Source of the DNA: Candidatus Sysuimicrobium calidum | GTDB taxonomy: Bacteria; Sysuimicrobiota; Sysuimicrobiia; Sysuimicrobiales; Sysuimicrobiaceae | Assembly: GCA_031459935.1 (NCBI GenBank) | Contig: JAVKHN010000006.1 | Coordinates: forward strand, 14,085 to 78,084 | Direction: 5' to 3' | DNA length: 64,000 nucleotides | In this document: in pieces, positions 30,010 through 41,002 of the stretch | How the letters are laid out: each line of letters starts with the position of its first letter | Numbering within the stretch: the stretch's first letter is position 1 | Notes under the pieces: generated by a model | The model's database searches: none | Told to the model about the DNA's origin: nothing | The model's input: only the letters and a program-made list of their open reading frames with translations | Made by a program: the position numbers and the translations under genes

Positions 30010-30780
30010 GTGGGATCTAGCGGGCGGACGTATACTAGAGGTGTGCGTGCGTCCGGCGGAACGTTCCAAGCTGCCCTGGGCGTTGTGCTGCTGGCTGCGG
30101 GGTTCCTGATCACCTGGCAGCTGCGGATGGAGTACGCCATCCGGCAGCGACTGCAGATCCCCTCCCAGCGGCTAGAGGAGCTCGCCTTCCTCCTTCAGGA
30201 GCAGACCCGCCACCAGGAACGTCTGGAGGCGGAGATCGGCCAACTGCGCAGGCATCTGGAGCGCTACGCGGATGCCGCGGCCCGGGACCGAGCCGTGCTG
30301 GCGGCCATGCGCCAGCGGCTCGTGGAGCTGCAGGCCCTGAGCGGAGTACGCGCGGTCCGGGGCCCTGGGGTCGTGGTGGAGCTGCGGGACAGTACCCGTT
30401 CTCTCCAGCCTGGGGATGATCCGAACCTGGCCCTCATCCATTACACGGATCTCTACGCGGTGATGGCAACTCTGTGGGCGGCCGGAGCGGAGGCCATGGC
30501 CCTGAACGGTGAGCGGGTGACTCCCACCACGGGACTGAGCTGCGTGGGCACCACCATCCTCTGCAACACGAAACGGCTCGCGCCCCCCTACGTCATCGCC
30601 GCCATCGGGGACCCCGACCGCCTCCTCGGTGCCCTCCGGGCTCCCGACAGTCCGCTGAAGTTATTGCTGGCCTTTGAGTTCTCCGTGACGGTGAAGCAGG
30701 TGAATGAGCTGGAGCTGCCCGCCTACCGGGGGAGCTTCCAGTTCCGGTTCGCGAAGCCGGAGGCGGAGGGGAAGCGATGA
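30010..30780 (+). CDS. DUF881-family membrane-anchored protein (YlxW/YlxX-like, division-cluster associated)
   Basis: N-terminal TM helix, a coiled segment, then GPGVVVELRDS...IHYTDLYAVMATLWAAGAEAMALNGERV...APPYVIAAIGDPD, typical of DUF881. Start uncertain (GTG 30010 or a downstream GTG). Confidence 0.7.
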   Translation: MGSSGRTYTRGVRASGGTFQAALGVVLLAAGFLITWQLRMEYAIRQRLQIPSQRLEELAFLLQEQTRHQERLEAEIGQLRRHLERYADAAARDRAVLAAMRQRLVELQALSGVRAVRGPGVVVELRDSTRSLQPGDDPNLALIHYTDLYAVMATLWAAGAEAMALNGERVTPTTGLSCVGTTILCNTKRLAPPYVIAAIGDPDRLLGALRAPDSPLKLLLAFEFSVTVKQVNELELPAYRGSFQFRFAKPEAEGKR

Positions 30781-31193
30781 GGGTGTGGGTTCCCTTGGCC
30801 GGCCTGCTGCTGGGGGTGCTGCTCGGGCTGGTACTCCGGGTGGAGATCCCCCTGGGATTCGTGAAGTACACGGCCATCGCGGTCCTGGCGGCCCTGGACA
30901 CCCTCCTGGGCGGATTTCGGGCGCAGCTGGAGGGACGGTTTGATCTGGTGGTGTTCACGAGCGGGTTCCTGGTCAACGCCCTGGTGGCCGCGCTCCTGGT
31001 GGCCATCGGGGACCTGCTGGGCGTGGACATCTACCTGGGGGCCGTGATCGTGTTCAGCATGCGGATCCTGCAGAATGTGAGCCTAATCCGGCGGGACCTG
31101 CTGCGGCCCTTCGTGCGGGAAGGGTTGCCCCAAACCAGCGGGGGCCCGCAGTGGGTTCCCCAGGACCCGGCTCAACGAAGTGAATCGGGATAG
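30777..31193 (+). CDS. sbp: small basic protein Sbp (DUF1290)
   Basis: ATGA overlap with DUF881. FVKYTAIAVLAALDTLLGGFRAQLEGRFDLVVFTSGFLVNALVAALL matches the Sbp family. Confidence 0.7.
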   Translation: MRVWVPLAGLLLGVLLGLVLRVEIPLGFVKYTAIAVLAALDTLLGGFRAQLEGRFDLVVFTSGFLVNALVAALLVAIGDLLGVDIYLGAVIVFSMRILQNVSLIRRDLLRPFVREGLPQTSGGPQWVPQDPAQRSESG

Positions 31194-31205
31194 GGGGTGA
31201 GCACC

Positions 31206-32216
31206 ATGGTTCGCGTGGGGATTAACGGGTTCGGACGGATCGGGCGCCAGGCCCTGAAGGCCATGCTCCAGCGGGCGGGGGACGTGCTGGAGGTGGTGGC
31301 CATCAACGATCTCGTGGATGCGGAGATGAACGCGTACCTCTTCAAGTACGACTCCAACTACGGTGTCTACCCCGGCACCGTGACGGTCCGCAACGGGAAC
31401 CTGGTGATCGATGGACGGGAGATCCGCGTGTTCCGGGAACGGGAACCCGGCGCCATCCCCTGGCGGGAGGTGGGGGTGGAGCTGGTGCTGGAGAGCACGG
31501 GGCTGTTTACGGACGCCAAGAAGGCAGCCGCTCACCTGGAGGCAGGTGCCAAGCGCGTGATCATCTCCGCCCCTGCCCGGAACGAGGACATCACCATCGT
31601 GCTGGGCGTGAACGAGGACCAGTACGATCCTGCTCGGCATCGCATCGTCTCCAACGCTTCCTGCACCACCAATGGCCTCGCGCCCGTGGCCCGGGTGCTG
31701 CACGAGGAGTTCGGCATCGAAAAAGGCATCCTCACCACCGTGCACGCCTACACCAACACCCAGCGCCTTCTGGACGTGGCCGCTCGGGAGATGCGGGATG
31801 CCCGGGCTGCGGCCCTGAACATCGTACCCAGCGAGACGGGAGCCGCCCGGGCCGTGGGACTCGTGATTCCCGATCTCCATGGGAAGTTCACGGGGATGGC
31901 CTTTCGGGTCCCCACGAGCACCGTCTCCGTCATCGACTTCACCATCCTGCTGCGGCGGGACGTGACTCGGGACGAGATCAACGCGGTCATGAAGCGCTGG
32001 AGTGAGGAACGCATGCCGGAGATCCTGGGCTATACGGAGGAGCCGCTCGTCAGCAGTGATCTCAAGGGCGATCCCCGGTCCTCCATCTTCAGCGCCCCGG
32101 ATACCCTGGTGGTGGGGGGGAACCTCGCGAAGGTGGTCTCCTGGTATGACAACGAATGGGGCTACGCCTGTCGGTGCGCGGATCTGGCAAAGCTCATGGC
32201 ACAGCGGGGGATCTAG
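31206..32216 (+). CDS. gap: type I glyceraldehyde-3-phosphate dehydrogenase
   Basis: MVRVGINGFGRIGRQ, SNASCTTNGLAP (catalytic Cys), WYDNEWGY. Confidence 0.95.
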   Translation: MVRVGINGFGRIGRQALKAMLQRAGDVLEVVAINDLVDAEMNAYLFKYDSNYGVYPGTVTVRNGNLVIDGREIRVFREREPGAIPWREVGVELVLESTGLFTDAKKAAAHLEAGAKRVIISAPARNEDITIVLGVNEDQYDPARHRIVSNASCTTNGLAPVARVLHEEFGIEKGILTTVHAYTNTQRLLDVAAREMRDARAAALNIVPSETGAARAVGLVIPDLHGKFTGMAFRVPTSTVSVIDFTILLRRDVTRDEINAVMKRWSEERMPEILGYTEEPLVSSDLKGDPRSSIFSAPDTLVVGGNLAKVVSWYDNEWGYACRCADLAKLMAQRGI

Positions 32217-33400
32217 TGCGGAAGAAGACGGTTCGGGACATCGAGGTCCGGGGCAAGCGGGTGCTGGTACGGGTGGACTTCAACGTGCCCCTGGACGAGG
32301 GAGGACAGATCACGGACGACCGTCGTATCCGGGAGGCCCTTCCCACCCTCCGCTACCTCCTCGATCAGGGTGCCATCCTCGTTCTGGCCTCCCACCTGGG
32401 TCGCCCCGGTGGTAAAGTGGTCCCCTCCCTGCGCATGCGGCCCGTGGGGGAGCGCCTGAGGGAGCTGTTGGACCGGGAGGTGCAGGTGCTGGAGGACTGC
32501 GTGGGACCTGAGGTGGAGGCGGCGGTTCGGAGCGCGTCTCCGGGCGACGTGCTCCTGCTGGAGAACCTCCGTTTCCACCCAGGAGAGGAGGCGGACGATC
32601 CGGAGTTCGCCCGGTCCCTCGCACATCTTGCGGAGGTATTCGTCCTCGATGCCTTTGGTACCGCACACCGATCCCACGCCTCCACGGTGGGCGTGGCCCG
32701 GTACCTCCCGGCTGTGGCTGGGTTCCTGCTGGAGAAGGAACTCCGGTACCTCGGTCAGGTCTTGGAACGTCCGGAGCGCCCGTTTGTGGCCGTTCTGGGC
32801 GGGAAGAAGGTCTCGGACAAAATCGGAATCGTCCGAAACCTGCTCGCCCGCGCGGATGCTCTCCTCATCGGAGGGGCCATGGCCTACACGTTCCTGCGGG
32901 CCCAGGGATACGCCACGGGGGCTTCCTTCGTGGAGGAAGAAAAGCTGGACCTCGCCCGGAAGCTCCTAGAGGAGGTGCGGCGGGCCTCCGTGGAGTTCCT
33001 GCTCCCCGCGGACGTGGTGGTGGCGGACCGGCTTTCGGAGGATGCGCAGGTGAAGGTGGTCCCCGCGCAGGAGATCCCCGAGGGGTGGATCGGAGTGGAC
33101 ATCGGACCGCACACGGCCCGAAGGTACGCGGAGGTGATCCAGGAAAGCCGTACCGTGGTGTGGAACGGGCCCATGGGGGTGTTCGAGATCCCGCTCTTCG
33201 CGGCGGGCACCCGCGCAGTGGCAGAGGCGGTGGCCGCATGCCCGGGGACCACCGTCGTGGGCGGCGGGGACACCGCGGCAGCCCTGGAGCGGTTCGGGCT
33301 CGCGGACCGAGTGGACCACGTGAGCACGGGTGGCGGCGCCTCGCTGGAGTTCCTGGAAGGGAGAGAACTTCCGGGCGTCGCCGCACTCCTGGACCCATGA
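32216..33400 (+). CDS. pgk: phosphoglycerate kinase
   Basis: The GTG at 32216 overlaps the gap stop. KRVLVRVDFNVPL, ASHLGRPGG, VWNGPMGVFE, STGGGASLEFLEG. Confidence 0.95.
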   Translation: MRKKTVRDIEVRGKRVLVRVDFNVPLDEGGQITDDRRIREALPTLRYLLDQGAILVLASHLGRPGGKVVPSLRMRPVGERLRELLDREVQVLEDCVGPEVEAAVRSASPGDVLLLENLRFHPGEEADDPEFARSLAHLAEVFVLDAFGTAHRSHASTVGVARYLPAVAGFLLEKELRYLGQVLERPERPFVAVLGGKKVSDKIGIVRNLLARADALLIGGAMAYTFLRAQGYATGASFVEEEKLDLARKLLEEVRRASVEFLLPADVVVADRLSEDAQVKVVPAQEIPEGWIGVDIGPHTARRYAEVIQESRTVVWNGPMGVFEIPLFAAGTRAVAEAVAACPGTTVVGGGDTAAALERFGLADRVDHVSTGGGASLEFLEGRELPGVAALLDP

Positions 33401-34179
33401 GCCGCATACCGCTCATCGCCGCCAACTGGAAGATGTACAAGACGCGGCAGGAGGCAACCGAGTTCGTGGAGGCCGCGCTCCCGGACCTTGCGGCTGTGGA
33501 AGGGGTGGAGGTGGCCCTCTGTCCGCCGTTTACCGCCCTGGAGACCGTGGGGCGCCTGCTCGCGGGAACTCCAGTACGGCTGGGTGCTCAGAACATGCAC
33601 TGGGAGCGGCAGGGTGCCTTCACGGGCGAGATCTCTCCCCTCATGCTCGCGGAGCTCGGCTGCACCTACGTGATCGTAGGGCACTCCGAGAGGCGGCGGT
33701 GGTTTGGAGAGACCGACGAGCGGGTGCGGCGGAAGGTGCGGGCGGCCTTCGATGCAGGCCTCGTACCCATCGTGTGCGTGGGGGAAACCCTGGAGGAACG
33801 GCAGGCGGGCCAGACGGAGGGCCGGGTGCTGGAGCAGGTCACGGAGGCCGTGGCGGACCTCTCCTCGGAGGAAGTCGGCAGGCTGGTGCTGGCCTACGAG
33901 CCCGTCTGGGCCATCGGCACCGGACATGCGGCTACAGGGGAGGAGGCGAATCGGGTCATCGGGCTCATCCGGGGGTACCTCGAGCGCCGTTTCGGGGAAG
34001 CCGCCCGGTGGACCCGGATCCAGTACGGGGGGAGCGTGCGGGCGAGCAACGCCGCGGAGTTCCTGGACCAGCCCGAGATCGACGGTGCGCTCGTGGGCGG
34101 CGCGAGCCTGGATCCCACGGAGTTCGTCGGGATCGTGCGGGCGACCCTGTCCGCCCGCTCCGGGCAGGGGATTCCCTAG
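33397..34179 (+). CDS. tpiA: triose-phosphate isomerase
   Basis: ATGA overlap with pgk. [33 protein letters not shown]. Confidence 0.95.
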   Translation: MSRIPLIAANWKMYKTRQEATEFVEAALPDLAAVEGVEVALCPPFTALETVGRLLAGTPVRLGAQNMHWERQGAFTGEISPLMLAELGCTYVIVGHSERRRWFGETDERVRRKVRAAFDAGLVPIVCVGETLEERQAGQTEGRVLEQVTEAVADLSSEEVGRLVLAYEPVWAIGTGHAATGEEANRVIGLIRGYLERRFGEAARWTRIQYGGSVRASNAAEFLDQPEIDGALVGGASLDPTEFVGIVRATLSARSGQGIP

Positions 34180-34220
34180 GGCAGGCAAACCTGCTAGGAT
34201 GGCGGGCGGAGGATCAAACC

Positions 34221-34439
34221 ATGCACGCCGCGATCCTGATCCTGCACTTCCTCCTCGTGGCCCTGGCCGTGGGACTCGTGCTCCTGCAGGGACCGAAGGG
34301 CGAGGGCCTGGGTGCCATCGGGGGATCTGCACGTCTGTTTCACGGACCCAGGCCACGGGAGACCTTCTTCACCCGCACCACGGCCATCGTCTCCGTCCTG
34401 TTCGCCCTGAGCTCCATCTACCTCGCCTTCGTCCGGTAG
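34221..34439 (+). CDS. secG: preprotein translocase subunit SecG
   Basis: 72 aa, two TM helices, with the [15 protein letters not shown] motif. Confidence 0.85.
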   Translation: MHAAILILHFLLVALAVGLVLLQGPKGEGLGAIGGSARLFHGPRPRETFFTRTTAIVSVLFALSSIYLAFVR

Positions 34440-34481
34440 GCTATAATGGAGGACGGCCCGGCCCCCTCGCCGGGTGGGCGT

Positions 34482-34566
34482 GCCCGGATGGCGGAACTGG
34501 CAGACGCGCACGTTTGAGGGGCGTGTGGGGAAACCCGTGGGGGTTCGAATCCCCCTCCGGGCACCA
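34482..34566 (+). tRNA. tRNA-Leu (anticodon GAG)
   Basis: Hand-folded cloverleaf. Acceptor GCCCGGA/TCCGGGC, anticodon arm CACGT-TTGAGGG-GCGTG, long variable arm, T arm GGGGG-TTCGAAT-CCCCC, encoded CCA. Confidence 0.9.
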
Positions 34567-34632
34567 TGGTTTCCCTAGGTACAATGGTGGCATGAGCCTA
34601 TCTCGCGAGGGACGAGGGGGAGGGGGATAGGA

Positions 34633-34983
34633 ATGAGCACACTCGCGGAGCTGAAGTGTACCGCCTGCCGGGGGGATGAGCTTCCCCTCACGGACGCGGA
34701 GATCGTCGCCCTTCTGCCCCAGGTTCCGGAATGGCGAGTGGTGGAGCGGGAGGGGGTGAAGCGGCTGGAGCGGACCTTCAAGTTCCGGAACTTCCAGGAG
34801 GCTCTGGCATTTGCAAACCGCGTGGGGGAGCTTGCGGAGGAGGAAGGCCATCACCCCGCCCTCCTGGTGGAGTGGGGGCGGGTCACCGTGAGCTGGTGGA
34901 CCCACAAGATCCGGGGGCTGCACCGCAACGACTTCATCATGGCCGCGAAGACGGACGCTGCATACCGGGAGAGGGCGTCCTGA
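34633..34983 (+). CDS. 4a-hydroxytetrahydrobiopterin dehydratase (PCD/DCoH family)
   Basis: [43 protein letters not shown] is the family signature. 116 aa. Confidence 0.88.
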   Translation: MSTLAELKCTACRGDELPLTDAEIVALLPQVPEWRVVEREGVKRLERTFKFRNFQEALAFANRVGELAEEEGHHPALLVEWGRVTVSWWTHKIRGLHRNDFIMAAKTDAAYRERAS

Positions 34984-35035
34984 CGCCCCCAGGCGCCTTC
35001 AAGAGCTCCGGTGGACTCGGCTGCAGGAGCGGGGG

Positions 35036-37767
35036 ATGTGCCAGCAGTTCTCCGGATTAAACGCTGGGTACGTAGCCGAGCTCTACGAGCGGTACCGGCA
35101 CGATCCCGCCTCCGTGGACGCGCAGACCCGGGCGTTCTTCGAGCAGCTTCCGCCCGCTCCAGATGGGGTGCTTCTCACCCTGGATTCCCGGGTTCTTGCG
35201 GGCGCCATCGGCCTCGCGCAGGCCATCCGGGTGTACGGACACCTCGCGGCGCGCCTCGACCCCCTGGGAACACCACCGCCGGGGGACCCCTCCCTGAGCC
35301 CCGAGTCCTGGGACGTCACGGGAGAAGACCTCCGGCATCTCCCGTCCGAACTCGTCGGGGGACCGATGGTCAAGCGGGCCCGCAATGCCCTTGAGGCCCT
35401 TGCGCTCCTGCGGACCATCTATTCGGGGGCGGCGGGCTACGAATTCGATCACCTGCGCGTGGCTGAGGAGCGGATCTGGCTTCGAGAGGCGGTGGAGGGT
35501 GGGTGTTTCCGACCTCCTCAAGATCCCCTTGATGAGGTGGCCCTCCTTCACCGCCTCACCGAGGTGGAGACCTTCGAGCGGTTCCTGCACCGCACCTTTC
35601 CGGGAAAGACCCGGTTCTCCATCAAGGGGCTCGACATTCTGGTTCCCATGCTGGACGAAGTGATTGTTCTCGGGCCACGGAGGCGGGCGCGCGCACCCTC
35701 CTCCTGGGGATGGCCCACCGCGGCCGGCTCAACGTACTTGCCCATATCCTGGGCAAGCCCTACCGCGCAATCCTCGCGGAGTTCAAGGATCCGGTACGTA
35801 GCCGGGCCTTCCGGGACGACCTCGGATGGACCGGGGATGTGACCTACCACAGGGGTGCCCAGCGTGTCGCCCCGGGGGCCACCGTTCTTCTAGCGCCCAA
35901 TCCCAGCCATCCGGAGGCAATCGCGCCGGTGGTCGAGGGGATGGCCCGGGCCGCGGGGACCCGCGCGAACCGGCGCGGGGCCCCGGTGTGCGGTCCGGAC
36001 GTGGTCCTGCCCGTCCTCATCCACGGGGACGCCGCCTTCTGCGGACAGGGGGTTGTGGCAGAGACCCTGAATCTCGCCCAGGTCCCCGGGTACGCCACGG
36101 GCGGTGCGATCCACCTCATCGCCAACAACCAGCTGGGCTACACCACGGATCCCCGAGAGGGACGGAGTACCACGTACGCGAGCGACCTTGCCAAAGGGTT
36201 CGAGACCCCTGTGGTGCACGTGAACGCGGACGACCCGGAGGCATGCATCGCCGCCGCCCGGCTCGCGGTGGCCTACCGCATGCGCTACCACAGGGACTTC
36301 GTGATCGACGTCGTGGGCTACCGTCGGTGGGGACACAATGAGGGGGACGAGCCCGGCTTCACCCAGCCCGTGCAGTACCGCCGCATCGAGTCCCATCCGA
36401 CCGTCCGGGCCTGGTGGGCTTCCCGGCTGGTGGAACAGGGCGTCGTGGACCCGCACGCCCCCGACCAGCTCGTCCAGGAGCACCTGCAGCGCCTGCAGGC
36501 GGAGCTGAGCGCCCTTAACTCCGAGCGGGACCTCGTGGAGGAGCTCCCCGCGCCACCCCCTCCGGGCGCTGCCCGCCAGGTGTGGACCGCGGTACCGTTG
36601 GGGCGCCTGCAGCAGCTGTACGAGGCGCTGCTGCGGGTGCCGGAGGGGTTCTCCCTGCATCCCAAGCTGGCCCGGGCCCTGGAGCGCCGGCGCACCCTGC
36701 TGGCGGACCCGGATGCGCCCACCGTGGACTGGGCGGGTGCGGAGCAGCTAGCGTTCGCATCCCTTCTCGAAGAAGGGATCCCGATCCGCCTTGTAGGGCA
36801 GGACACGGAGCGAGGTACCTTCAGCCAGCGGCACGCAGTCTTCCACGACCTCAAGACCGGTGCCAAGCACATTCCCCTACAGACGCCGCCGCAGGCGCGC
36901 GCGGCCTTCGAGGTGCACAACACACCCCTCTCCGAGGGTGCGGTGCTGGCCTTCGAGTACGGGTACAGCATCCAGGACCAGGGCCACCTGGTCCTCTGGG
37001 AAGCGCAGTATGGGGACTTCCTCAACAATGCCCAGGTGGTGGTGGACGAATTCATCGTTTCCGCCCGCGCCAAGTGGGGACAGCTGCCTTCCCTTGTTCT
37101 CCTCCTTCCGCACGGGTACGAGGGGCAGGGACCCGACCACAGCAGCGCCCGGCCGGAGCGGTTCTTGCAGTTGAGCGCGGATCTCAACCTGCGGCTTGCC
37201 TACCCCACCACTGCCGCCCAGTACTTCCACCTCCTGCGCCGGCAGGCCTTGCTGCTGCGGACCGATCCCCTTCCTCTCGTCGTGCTTACCCCGAAGAGCC
37301 TGCTGCGTCACCCAGCTACCTTTTCCTGTCCCCGGGATCTCAGCGAGGGCAACTGGCAGCCGGTGATGGACGACGGCGCGGATCCCCAACGGGTGCGGCG
37401 CCTCCTCCTGTGCACGGGCAAGGTCTTCGTGGATCTCGTGACGGGCGTCCGCAAAGACCAGGAGGTCACCGTCGTGCGGCTGGAGCAGCTTTATCCGTTT
37501 CCGGAAGAGGAGCTCACGGCCCTCTTGGAGCGGTACCGGGGAGCGGAGGAGGTGGCCTGGGTGCAGGAGGAGCCGCAGAACATGGGAACCTGGAGCTTCG
37601 TGCGGCCGATCCTGGAAACCCTATTGGACGGCCGTCCCCTCCGGTACGTGGGGCGGCCATCCAGCGCGAGCCCCGCGGAGGGGTCCGCGGCCCTGCACGC
37701 GGTGGTGCAGGAAGGGATCCTCGCGGCGGCCCCGGGAGTCCACGACGCCCCTGGGGCGAGGAGGTGA
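35036..37767 (+). pseudogene. sucA: 2-oxoglutarate dehydrogenase E1 component, interrupted by a 1-nt frameshift
   Basis: The N-terminal ORF (35036-, FLHRTFPGKTRFSIKGLDILVPMLDEVIVLG) and the C-terminal ORF (to 37767, upstream frame reads RATEAGARTLLLGMAHRGRLNVLAHILGKPY) are contiguous parts of one E1o. The frames join at the G-run 35672-35674. Adding one G restores LDEVIVLGATEAGARTLLLGMAHRGRLN. Confidence 0.85.
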
Positions 37768-37770
37768 GAG

Positions 37771-38946
37771 GTGGCAGAACTCTTGGTCCCGCAGATGGGA
37801 GAATCCGTCCTGGAGGCCACCGTGGCTCGGTGACTCAAGCGGGAGGGCGAGCAGGTGGAGGTAGGCGAGGCGGTGGTGGAACTGGAGACCGAGAAAGTGA
37901 ACGCGGAGGTGGGCGCGGAGGTAGAAGGGGTGCTCGCCCGGATCGTGCACCGGGAAGGGGAGACCGTCCGGCCCGGAGAGGTGCTGGGGGTGATCGAGCC
38001 GATCCCCGCCTCCGCTCCGGCGCCCTCCTCTGCGAAGGCCCCGCAGCCGCGGGCAGCCGAGCCTTCTCCGACCCCGCCCGGGCTGGAAGCCCCGACACCA
38101 CGCGCCACGCCCATCGCCCGTCAGCTGGCCGCAGAACGCAACCTGGACCTCTTTCGGATCTCCGGTACGGGCCCGGCAGGCAGCATCACCCGAGAGGACG
38201 TGGAAGCCGCGCTCGCCGCTCAACAGCCGGCTCCCGCCGTGGAGCGGCCGCGGGCGCTGGAGCGTCGCGAGGGGCGGGTCCAGATGTCCGCGCGCCGGCG
38301 CACCATCGCCCGCCGCCTGGTGGAGGCCCAGCGGGAGGCGGCCATGCTCACCACCTTCAACGAGGTGGACATGACAGAGCTGCTGGCCCTCCGCGGGCGG
38401 CTCACCCCTCAGGGGCCGCGTCTGGGGATCACCGCTTTCTTCGTGAAGGCCGTGACCCCGGCTTTGCGAGAGTTCCCCCGCCTCAACGCGGAGGTCCAGG
38501 GCGAGGAGATGGTCCTGAAGTACTATTACGATATCGGGGTAGCGGTGGGAGACCCGGAGGGGCTGGCGGTCCCGGTGGTGCGGGACGCGGATCGCAAAAA
38601 CCTCCTGGAGATCGAGCGAGAGATCCAGGCCTATGCGGAGAAGGCGGCACAGGGGCGGCTCACCCTGGCGGACCTGCGGGGTGGAACCTTCGCCATCACC
38701 AACGGCGGGGTGTTCGGCTCCCTCCTCAGCACGCCCATCCTCAACCCGCCGCGGGTGGGAATTCTGGGGCTGCACCGGATCGGGGAGCGCCCCGTGGCCC
38801 TTGGGGGGCAGGTGGTGGTGCGCCCCATGATGTACGTGGCCCTCACCTACGACCACCGCATCGTAGACGGCCGGGAGGCGGTGCAGTTCCTGGGGCGAGT
38901 GAAGGAGCTCGTGGAGAACCCGGACCTGCTGCTGGCCTCACTCTGA
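37771..38946 (+). pseudogene. sucB: 2-oxoglutarate dehydrogenase E2 (dihydrolipoyllysine succinyltransferase) with an in-frame TGA
   Basis: From GTG 37771 the frame reads [45 protein letters not shown]. The stop (37831-37833) sits where lipoyl domains have a conserved Trp (TGG). The rest is intact, including the E3-binding and catalytic domains with the DHRIVDG motif. Confidence 0.8.
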
Positions 38947-39112
38947 GACGGCTCCCAGCAGGTCCGGAGCTCACCGGATAGACCCGTTCGATTCGTAGGA
39001 TAGCGGCGTTTGATTTTTCGAGACCGCAAAACCCGTGCTACGCTTGGTTTGGCGCGGGTGTGGGAGGCGCGCGGTACCCGTGGCGGAAGCACAGGAGGTG
39101 TATGGAGGAACC

Positions 39113-41002
39113 ATGAGCGGACAGACGAACCGGGTGAAGATCCTGGTAGGGGGAGTGCAGCTACGGGACGGGGTGTCCACCGTCACGGAGATCCTTGGCC
39201 GCATCTTCACCCGCGCGGGACTTTTCGCGGTGGCCATGGAGCGGGGGTACGCCTCCACCATCTACGGGGCCCACCAGTACGATCCCATGCTGGTCACGGA
39301 GGAGCCTCCCCTCTCGTACGGAGACCCCATCTACGATATCCTCACAGCCCTGGATTACGATAGCAACCCCGACGCGCCCGAGCAGCCGAACCGGGACACG
39401 GTGTTACGGCACGGCACACACCTGCGGGACGGAGGGATCCTCCTGTACGACTCCTCCACGGGAGAGATCCCCACCGATTCCTTCGAGGCGCGGGGCGTGA
39501 AGGTCTTCCCCGTTCCCGCCCGCAAGATCGCCCTGGGGGAACTGAAGCGGGAGATCGTGAAGAACATCGTGATGACGGGAGCCCTGTTCCGGCTGCTGGG
39601 CTTCGATGAGGATTTCACCCATCTGCGCCAGCTCATCGAGGAGCGGTTCGGGCGGAAGGGGCGGGACGTAGTGGAGCTCAACCTGCGGGCCGCCCAGCGC
39701 GGTCGCGAGGCGGTGGAGCGGGTACTGGCGGATCGAGCCTACACCCTGGATTTACGCCTGGAGCCGAGGCCCCGTGGACGTCGGGCGGTGTACATCTCCG
39801 GCAACGACTGCCTGGGAATCGGTGCCATCCAGGGAGGCGTGCGGTTCTACGCAGGCTATCCCATCACGCCCGCAAGCGGCATCCTGGAGTTCATGGAGCG
39901 GTGGCTCCCGCGCTACGGTGGCCGTGTCCTGCAGGGGCAGAACGAGCGGGAATCCATCCGCGCGGCCATCGGCGCTGCGCTCGCGGGGGTGCGGGCGATG
40001 GTGGGGAGCTCCGGTCCCGGCCTCTCCCTCAAGGTGGAGGAGTTCGGGGTGATCGGCGCTACGGAGACGCCCGTGATCATTGTGGACGCGCAGCGAGCAG
40101 GGCCGTCCACGGGCATGCCCACCCGGCCCGAGCAGGGGGACCTGAACCTAGTGATCGGCGGGGCCCACGGGGACATTCCCCGCATCGTGCTGGCCCCCTC
40201 CACGGTGGAGGAGTGCTACACCCTGATGCTGGAGGCGGCTGAACTCGCGGACAAATACCAGTGTCCGGTTTTCTTCCTCACGGACCTCAACCTCTCGGAG
40301 GGCCGGAAGACGGTGCCGGAGGACCTGTTCGCCCAGAGTCCCCCCATCCGGCGACATGGCATCCTGCGGGAGCAAGAGGTGCAGAGGCGACCCTATCGGC
40401 GGTATGAGGTGACGCCTTCCGGAATCTCACCCCGGATCCTTCCCGGCACCCCGGGGGCCGTCTTCAAGTCCTCGGGGGTGGAGCACGACGAGTTCGGGTT
40501 CGTCACCATCGACCCGCGCAAGCGCGCGGCGCAGATGGAAAAGCGCATGCGGAAGCTGGAGACCTACCTGCGGGAGGACGCAAAGCCCCCCTACGTCTTC
40601 GGGGAGACCCGCGGGAATCCCGTGATGGTGGGGTGGGGCCATACGCGGCCCGTGCTCCAGGAGGCCCGGGAGATCCTCCTCCGGCGCGGGATCCCCGTGG
40701 CCCTGGTGCACTTCACCCACGTCTATCCGCTGCCGAAGCACCTGGTGGAACCCCTGTTCGCGGACGCGGGGCCCGTGGTGGTGGTGGAGCAGAACTACAG
40801 CGGGCAGTTCGCGGATCTGTTGCAGCGGGAGCTCCTGATCCGGACACGCCGGGTGCTGAAGTACAACGGAGTTCCCCTCTCGCCAACGGAGGTGGCGGAC
40901 GCGGTGCAGAGGGCGCTCCAGCAGGAAGGCGCGGTGGTACGGATCGGAAGCGAGGCGCCCGTGAGGGTGGAGGTGGGCTGGGATGGACTCGAAGGGAATT
41001 AA
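39113..41002 (+). CDS. korA: 2-oxoacid:ferredoxin oxidoreductase alpha subunit (gamma-alpha fusion)
   Basis: ATG after GGAGGA. N-terminal gamma-type domain and an alpha domain with GNDCLGIGAIQGGVRFYAGYPITPAS. About 629 aa. Confidence 0.88.
   Translation: MSGQTNRVKILVGGVQLRDGVSTVTEILGRIFTRAGLFAVAMERGYASTIYGAHQYDPMLVTEEPPLSYGDPIYDILTALDYDSNPDAPEQPNRDTVLRHGTHLRDGGILLYDSSTGEIPTDSFEARGVKVFPVPARKIALGELKREIVKNIVMTGALFRLLGFDEDFTHLRQLIEERFGRKGRDVVELNLRAAQRGREAVERVLADRAYTLDLRLEPRPRGRRAVYISGNDCLGIGAIQGGVRFYAGYPITPASGILEFMERWLPRYGGRVLQGQNERESIRAAIGAALAGVRAMVGSSGPGLSLKVEEFGVIGATETPVIIVDAQRAGPSTGMPTRPEQGDLNLVIGGAHGDIPRIVLAPSTVEECYTLMLEAAELADKYQCPVFFLTDLNLSEGRKTVPEDLFAQSPPIRRHGILREQEVQRRPYRRYEVTPSGISPRILPGTPGAVFKSSGVEHDEFGFVTIDPRKRAAQMEKRMRKLETYLREDAKPPYVFGETRGNPVMVGWGHTRPVLQEAREILLRRGIPVALVHFTHVYPLPKHLVEPLFADAGPVVVVEQNYSGQFADLLQRELLIRTRRVLKYNGVPLSPTEVADAVQRALQQEGAVVRIGSEAPVRVEVGWDGLEGN

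Noticed and set aside
37831-37833. The idea that TGA is read as Trp genome-wide (genetic code 4/25-like), which would make sucB intact.
   Set aside because: Many well-defined genes in the window terminate at TGA with correct protein lengths and coupled downstream starts (mdh 9448-9450, nuoA 14550-14552, nuoJ 16027-16029, nuoM 19941-19943, pgk, metG). TGA is therefore a normal stop here.
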